Shown here piece by piece: positions 53,984 through 58,982 of a stretch of DNA of 58,982 nucleotides. Position numbers and translations under genes: made by a program. The notes beneath the pieces are model-generated. The model searched no databases, was not told the origin of the DNA, and saw only the letters and a list, made by a program, of their open reading frames with translations. How positions within the stretch are numbered: position 1 is the first letter of the stretch; the number at the start of each line of letters is the position of its first letter. The DNA is from a virus (lineage: Duplodnaviria > Caudoviricetes). The DNA lies in the IMG/VR virus record IMGVR_UViG_3300007539_000021, positions 1-58,982 of that record. One strand, 5' to 3'.

Positions 53984-54405
53984 TATTCAACAGGCTCAAA
54001 CAAACCAAGCTCAATTAATTTAGTTCTATTAGACTGATGTACAGCTTCTATTGCAGTTTTGTTTTGTCCAAAGTATTTTGCTGCCATATAATTTTCTACC
54101 ATAGCATTATTTATATCTACGCCATCACAAACTATTGTTCCTAAAACTCTACCAAACTTTCCTCTAGAGTCTCTAAGTTCTGTACGGATAATTACAGTAT
54201 CTGCTTTTTCTATAGCATCACCCAAAAACTTAGCAGCTAGTTTGCCTCTAGCTTTTTCATCTTTGTTTCTTGTTCTAGACTCAGGAGTATCTATACCAAA
54301 AAGTCTTACTCTACTTTTGTATAAAACAGAAAACCCTAAATCTAGAGTAGCGTCTACAGTATCGCCATCTACTACTCTATCTATTGTGCATTTATATTCG
54401 TACAT
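53983..54405 (-). CDS. Thermonuclease (SNase-like)
   Basis: RVVDGDTVD...RVRLFGIDTPE...GKFGRVLG...IN. Confidence 0.88.
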   Translation of the reverse strand: MYEYKCTIDRVVDGDTVDATLDLGFSVLYKSRVRLFGIDTPESRTRNKDEKARGKLAAKFLGDAIEKADTVIIRTELRDSRGKFGRVLGTIVCDGVDINNAMVENYMAAKYFGQNKTAIEAVHQSNRTKLIELGLFEPVE

Positions 54406-54577
54406 TATATTTTCTCTTGTTTCTTAAATATCTAAGATAAGCTTTCATATTTCTTTCAGCTCGTCTTTTCAAATAAAATTTTAATCCAAGCAAACCTAGC
54501 AGGAATGAAATGTTCAAGACTACTACAAAAACTAACTCGCTATTCAATGCAAGACTTTGTTTTCGTCTGCCTCCCAC
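54392..54577 (-). CDS. Small membrane protein
   Basis: One TM helix plus basic tail; fills the operon; start uncertain. Confidence 0.5.
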   Translation of the reverse strand: MGGRRKQSLALNSELVFVVVLNISFLLGLLGLKFYLKRRAERNMKAYLRYLRNKRKYNVRI

Positions 54578-54738
54578 ATTGACTCTAATAATACTGAAAC
54601 CAAACTGTCTAGTTCCCCAACTACCTCTACACCTAAATCTGCAGCAGAGTCCTCTGCTATCTGCAAAGTCTCAGCTACTATAGTAGGTCCTGAATATCTT
54701 TTTTCATCATGTGTAAATTCTGTAATAAATAATTTCAT
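54544..54738 (-). CDS. Hypothetical protein
   Basis: MKLFITEF...YSGPTIVAE...VVGEL; ATGA coupling. Confidence 0.65.
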   Translation of the reverse strand: MKLFITEFTHDEKRYSGPTIVAETLQIAEDSAADLGVEVVGELDSLVSVLLESMWEADENKVLH

Positions 54739-54911
54739 ACAAACCTCGAAGTTATTTCTATTGCTGCCATACCTGCATATAAACCATATATAAGCAACTC
54801 AATACGTACAAATCTTTTAGAGCCTTCTTCTAATCTTTTTTCTAAATTTTCATATCTAATAGTACATTCTCTTTCATGTGAGTGTATTTTATTTAAAGCT
54901 TCATCTTTCAT
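54735..54911 (-). CDS. Small coiled-coil/TM protein (XhlA/holin-like)
   Basis: HERECTIRYENLEKRLEEGSKRF then a hydrophobic tail; likely start MKDEALNK. Confidence 0.6.
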   Translation of the reverse strand: MKDEALNKIHSHERECTIRYENLEKRLEEGSKRFVRIELLIYGLYAGMAAIEITSRFV

Positions 54912-54912
54912 G

Positions 54913-55584
54913 CTATGTCCAATATACGTAGTTTGTTTGACTATTTTGATAATAAATTGTATTCCAAGCAGGAGGTGCAGTATATGTATATTTTGTTTGA
55001 CCTGTCGTAGTAGGTTGTCCGGGAGTCCAATATGTTGCATAAGCCATACTTGTTCTTGGAATTGTTAGTTGTCCATTTATTGTTTGAGAGTGTCTCATTG
55101 TATTCCAATTACTATTAGTTCTTCTTTGATTGAATGTGACTTCTAAACGAGCATTACCAAAATTTGTTTTTTGGTATGAAATAGATGAAGAAAATTGAGC
55201 TCCTGACCAACCGGTATATGTAGAAGGAGAGCAAGAGCCAAGAGTGCTGCTTCCATAAGGTACTCCGGCAGGGTTAAATCCACCCATATCTGAAGGAGAA
55301 AGAGTCACAGGTCCATTTACATAACCATCTACATTAGCAAAAGGATTATTAAAAGGAACATAAACCATTGTGTGCATTTGTGTAGTTGTTCCTGTTGCAG
55401 CAATCGCAGGTGGAGGTCCAGAAGAAGCTCCATACCATTCTGTAAAAGCCATCTGTACACTTGCTGATTTATTTATTAAACCTCGTATTGGTGCAGAATT
55501 TATGTTCGACTGTGTTCCAGAAGTGCCACTAGCCTCAACGTGCATTTCATTTAGAGTTATTTGTCCTGAACTAGGTAATGGCAT
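54913..55584 (-). CDS. Putative distal tail fibre / receptor-binding protein
   Basis: MPLPSSGQITLNEMHVE...IRGL...FTEWYGAS anchor; follows an S74 fibre gene. Confidence 0.65.
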   Translation of the reverse strand: MPLPSSGQITLNEMHVEASGTSGTQSNINSAPIRGLINKSASVQMAFTEWYGASSGPPPAIAATGTTTQMHTMVYVPFNNPFANVDGYVNGPVTLSPSDMGGFNPAGVPYGSSTLGSCSPSTYTGWSGAQFSSSISYQKTNFGNARLEVTFNQRRTNSNWNTMRHSQTINGQLTIPRTSMAYATYWTPGQPTTTGQTKYTYTAPPAWNTIYYQNSQTNYVYWT

Positions 55585-56951
55585 TAGTCAGTTTGCTCCG
55601 GTGTTTTATCTGCAGCTAAAATAGCTTCCATTACTTTTATCAATTCTCTATTACCACGAACTTCATCAGCTAACTCATTTACTGCTGCAATTAATACAGC
55701 AGTAAGTTTTTCATACTTTACTGCCATATATCCATCGGAACGAGTAGTGGTCAGCTCAGGAAATTGTTTGGCTACTTCTTGTGCTATGACACCTATATCA
55801 CTTCCTTCATATGCTTCTTGTTTATCATTCCAATCAAAAGTCACACCTCTGATTTTGCTCAATCTTTCTAATGGACTTTGTATATCTTTTATATTTTCTT
55901 TTAACTTTTCATCTGATGAATAGTAAGCAACAACATCATTATCAAATCTGCCTATACCTGCAGAAGTTAATTCTACAACAACTGTATCAGAAGCATTTCT
56001 GAATAGATGACTTCCATCTGCTTTTAAGATAGTCTCGCCACTATTTGCAAAATAAAACCTTTGGTCACCCTCGCTCGAAGTTTGCCAAGCATTAGCAGTA
56101 TTGCCTAGCTTTGAATTTAATTGTGTTTGTATTGCTGATGTGACTCCATTTACATAACCTATCTCTGTAGACGTTGTAGTTGCCGGTGTGACATCTCCAC
56201 TACCATCTGAAACTAAAGCTCTATTAATAGTTAGGTTTGCCATCTTGCTAAAAGCAATAGCAGCATTAGCATCTACACTAGCATTGACAACTGCGTCTGA
56301 AGCTAATTGGTCTGCACCAACTGCATCATCTGCAATCATAGCTTGTTCTACTGCATCGTTAGCTATGGTTAGTGCACCATTCCCTGCTATGGTTGCGTCT
56401 CCACTCATAGCTACAGGATTAAAATTAGTACCATCTGCAATCAGCATATGACCACTAGTATTAGTACCCATTTTTAAATCGTCACCTTCTATAGTTAGGT
56501 CACCACTCAAAGCTAAATTATTTAAGCCATCATATACAGCAGCACCTGTACCTGCTCCATCTAAAAATAATAATTTGCAACTGCCATTAGGAACAGTCAC
56601 AGAAGCTCCAGAGCCTTGTTTAACAACAATAGATTGACCACCGGTTGTTGAGTTTTCTACAAATAAAACTTTTGATGCAGTTCTAGGCAAGACTTCTAAA
56701 TCTCTAGTAGCAGAAAGAGTACCATTAACTGTAGACGTGACTTTAATATACATACCTCTGTATTTATCAGAAGCTCCATTTGCTATGGTCACTTGCTTGT
56801 TTGCATCTGTTGTAAATGTTGCGTCTGTTTGATATGAGAAGGCTTCTGCTATCAAACGTAAATTTAAGTTTGTAGTGTCACCCCATGTACCACTTTGGTC
56901 ACCGGTTGCCATTTCATTCAAACGCAAATCGTTATCATATGTACTTGCCAT
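55584..56951 (-). CDS. Tail fibre protein with C-terminal intramolecular chaperone (Peptidase S74-like)
   Basis: MASTY...LNEMATGDQSGTWGDTTN; SSDEKLKENI...GVIAQEV...VKYEKLTAVLIAAVNEL. Confidence 0.85.
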   Translation of the reverse strand: MASTYDNDLRLNEMATGDQSGTWGDTTNLNLRLIAEAFSYQTDATFTTDANKQVTIANGASDKYRGMYIKVTSTVNGTLSATRDLEVLPRTASKVLFVENSTTGGQSIVVKQGSGASVTVPNGSCKLLFLDGAGTGAAVYDGLNNLALSGDLTIEGDDLKMGTNTSGHMLIADGTNFNPVAMSGDATIAGNGALTIANDAVEQAMIADDAVGADQLASDAVVNASVDANAAIAFSKMANLTINRALVSDGSGDVTPATTTSTEIGYVNGVTSAIQTQLNSKLGNTANAWQTSSEGDQRFYFANSGETILKADGSHLFRNASDTVVVELTSAGIGRFDNDVVAYYSSDEKLKENIKDIQSPLERLSKIRGVTFDWNDKQEAYEGSDIGVIAQEVAKQFPELTTTRSDGYMAVKYEKLTAVLIAAVNELADEVRGNRELIKVMEAILAADKTPEQTD

Positions 56952-56971
56952 ATTGTTCCTCTTTTAAAAAA

Positions 56972-57685
56972 TTATGCTACGTCAGTCCAATCAGGATTTT
57001 GAGTTGTATTAACTTCAGAATATCCTGCAGATTGACTATCATTAACGGGATAATAATTTGGAACTTGGTCATCATTAACCAGACCCCAAATATTTATAAT
57101 ACCTAAACTGCCACTTGTACTTACTCCCGAAACATTAACTTTACATTCCGGAATTACTACTACTGTACCTAACGAAGCAGAGCTGCTCAAACCTGTCATA
57201 GGTATTACATTAACAGTTTGTAAACTTATAGAGCCTAGTGCAGTTGTAGCTGTTGCATCTCCTACTTGTGCTGCTGTGATATTACAGTCACCTATTATTG
57301 TTTCTTCTCCAAGAGCTAAAGTTTTTCCTGATGAAGATACACCTGACACAGAGCCACCAAATACTACAGCATTTCCAACAGCAGATAGTGCAACTACACC
57401 TGTGACACTTACAATAGCACCTGCTGTATTTTGTATTGACCCTACAGCAGATACTCCTTGTACACCAACAATAAACTCATGTAGTCTTGCATCTCCACTA
57501 ACTGCAACAGTACCTAACTCTGTTTGACCAAATCCTTGATTGACTATAAAGCTTACTGTAATTACAGGAGTGACAGAATTAACAGAGCCGTTAAGTTCAA
57601 AGCCTACCGGTACAAAAGAAGCATTTCCTGTGATACTGCCCAATCCTGCAAAAGGCGATTGAGCAAAAGCTGTTATTCCAAACAT
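56972..57685 (-). CDS. Virion structural protein (G/V/S/T-rich repeats)
   Basis: MFGITAFAQSPFA N-terminus; repeated VTGV...AVG units. Confidence 0.65.
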   Translation of the reverse strand: MFGITAFAQSPFAGLGSITGNASFVPVGFELNGSVNSVTPVITVSFIVNQGFGQTELGTVAVSGDARLHEFIVGVQGVSAVGSIQNTAGAIVSVTGVVALSAVGNAVVFGGSVSGVSSSGKTLALGEETIIGDCNITAAQVGDATATTALGSISLQTVNVIPMTGLSSSASLGTVVVIPECKVNVSGVSTSGSLGIINIWGLVNDDQVPNYYPVNDSQSAGYSEVNTTQNPDWTDVA

Positions 57686-57691
57686 ATTGTG

Positions 57692-58291
57692 TTATCTCCA
57701 TGGCGTTCCCTCTATCCAAGATACAAGAGAGTGCCTTGTTCCTTCATTTACCATTGTGACTCTATGTTGTAAAAAAGAAGGAAATATAATTACTGTTCCT
57801 TGTTTTCTTACTAAATGTTTAGGTAAATTTATTTCTCTTTCAAAAAATTCTAAATCTCCACCATCATAACTATCTGGGTCTGATAGTTGTATGGTAATAC
57901 TTAATTTTCTTTCCATCGCATATCTTTGCGTATTGATTTCAAGAGGAGCAAAATCTGTATCCATGTGCCATCTATAGTGCTGACCTTCTGTGTATTCAGT
58001 ATGTTGTATTTCATTACACCCACCTGAAATATCTACGCAATAGTTTGTTCGATTACAAGTATGAATATACGGCATTATTACTGCTATAAGCTTGTTATAG
58101 AGTTCTTCAGTATATGGATTTACCCAACGTATTGCTGTACTTCTTACAACATTATCTTGAGTTCCTGCTGTACCTGCACCTATTTCTCCCTCTTGTGGCT
58201 CTATTTTATTTAATATTTCTTCATTTATTTCATTGCAAAGTTCTGGACTTACTCCTTGGTCTCCATGAAACATACCTATTTTCCCAAACAT
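57692..58291 (-). CDS. 2OG-Fe(II) oxygenase (PKHD/P4H-like)
   Basis: YRWHMD...RKLSITIQLSD..YDGGDLE...FPSFLQHRVT....G.RHSLVSW. Confidence 0.9.
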   Translation of the reverse strand: MFGKIGMFHGDQGVSPELCNEINEEILNKIEPQEGEIGAGTAGTQDNVVRSTAIRWVNPYTEELYNKLIAVIMPYIHTCNRTNYCVDISGGCNEIQHTEYTEGQHYRWHMDTDFAPLEINTQRYAMERKLSITIQLSDPDSYDGGDLEFFEREINLPKHLVRKQGTVIIFPSFLQHRVTMVNEGTRHSLVSWIEGTPWR

Positions 58292-58303
58292 ATTTAACCC
58301 CGT

Positions 58304-58982
58304 TTATTTTATTTGTCCTAAAAATTCTCTACCATCTAAAACCCATTCTGAGTCTTTTTTACAATAGTGTAAAAAACACATATTAACTTCGCCTTCTTTT
58401 AGCTCCTCTCTCCAATGCTCAAGCTCTGTGCCTAAATATACTATAGCGTCACCTGCACTCATAGTTATGCTATGTGTATTATCTGTTTTATCTTTTATAA
58501 ATATTTCCCACTTTTCTCCACCCAGACAAACTGTAGCAGAAACTTGAAGTGCAGGTCTATCTTTGTGTTTTCCTAAAATACTTCCCTTTGCATATTTCCT
58601 ACAAAAAGAATTTGTTAAATCTAAATCTTGCTGTGATATTTTTTCTACTAATGGCTTTTGTTTTTTTAATATAGCCTCTCCAAAAGGAAAGGCATAAACG
58701 TGCAAACTTCCTTTAGTAAACCAATTCTTTTTATCTGTCGTACCAAATTTTCCATAAATAGGTGTTGCTAAATTATGCTTGGTAAAAGAATTTGGTATGG
58801 TATTAGTATAATATTTTTCTATATATTGAGCAGCAGCATAATGTATTTCAAAAGTATCATTGAATAGACTAGTTATCTCTTCAGATAAAAAATTTTTTAC
58901 TAAAACAAAACCTTGTTCTTGAAATCTATTTTGTAAAAAATTAATTTTTTCTTTTTCTATAGTTTGAAAAAATTTATCATCA
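58304..58982 (-). CDS. 2OG-Fe(II) oxygenase (5' end truncated by the window; start lies at 437 across the junction)
   Basis: HKDRP...SATVCLG...GDAIVYLG..LEHWRE...FLHY; frame open to the window end. Confidence 0.85.
   Translation of the reverse strand, partial: DDKFFQTIEKEKINFLQNRFQEQGFVLVKNFLSEEITSLFNDTFEIHYAAAQYIEKYYTNTIPNSFTKHNLATPIYGKFGTTDKKNWFTKGSLHVYAFPFGEAILKKQKPLVEKISQQDLDLTNSFCRKYAKGSILGKHKDRPALQVSATVCLGGEKWEIFIKDKTDNTHSITMSAGDAIVYLGTELEHWREELKEGEVNMCFLHYCKKDSEWVLDGREFLGQIK
58581..58982. repeat. Imperfect terminal direct repeat, copy 2
   Basis: Ungapped match to 1-402. Confidence 0.95.

Noticed and set aside
984-58386. Many 60-150-aa ORFs antisense to or out of frame within long genes (e.g. 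10244-10567, 21307-21750, 31166-31636, 41494-41931)
   Set aside because: Shadow ORFs of well-supported genes, lacking RBSs and recognisable motifs
1-58982. tRNA, rRNA, integrase/att site, transposase, intron or intein
   Set aside because: No cloverleaf or catalytic motif recognised in intergenic regions or ORFs; conserved genes have ordinary lengths

Overview
The window is an essentially complete, circularly permuted ~58.6-kb dsDNA tailed phage genome (AT-rich, podovirus-like, Gram-negative host, probably aquatic). Bases 1-402 recur, with about 26 substitutions, at 58581-58982. A long minus-strand late arm (17281->1, continuing 58580->33948) encodes TerS, TerL, portal, GroES, scaffold, major capsid, tail tubular proteins, two tail-fibre cassettes, two 2OG-Fe(II) oxygenases, a lysis region containing a curli-like CsgF-CsgG-curlin-FecR cassette, and large ejection/polyvalent proteins. 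A mostly plus-strand early/middle arm (17380-33887) encodes a MoxR-like AAA ATPase, a metallopeptidase-VWA protein, an Arc-like repressor, a primase-helicase, an exonuclease, a Sak-like annealase and other nucleases. I found no DNA polymerase, RNA polymerase, integrase, tRNA or CRISPR array. The most striking unexplained layer is non-coding. Three variant type III hammerhead ribozymes each sit just upstream of an early gene's RBS. A ~30-bp palindrome is present nine times and brackets the early/middle region. A ~400-nt multi-stem, pseudoknotted leader RNA heads the early operon, and there is a candidate small RNA exposing an anti-Shine-Dalgarno sequence. All family assignments are from motif recognition by eye, not database searches.
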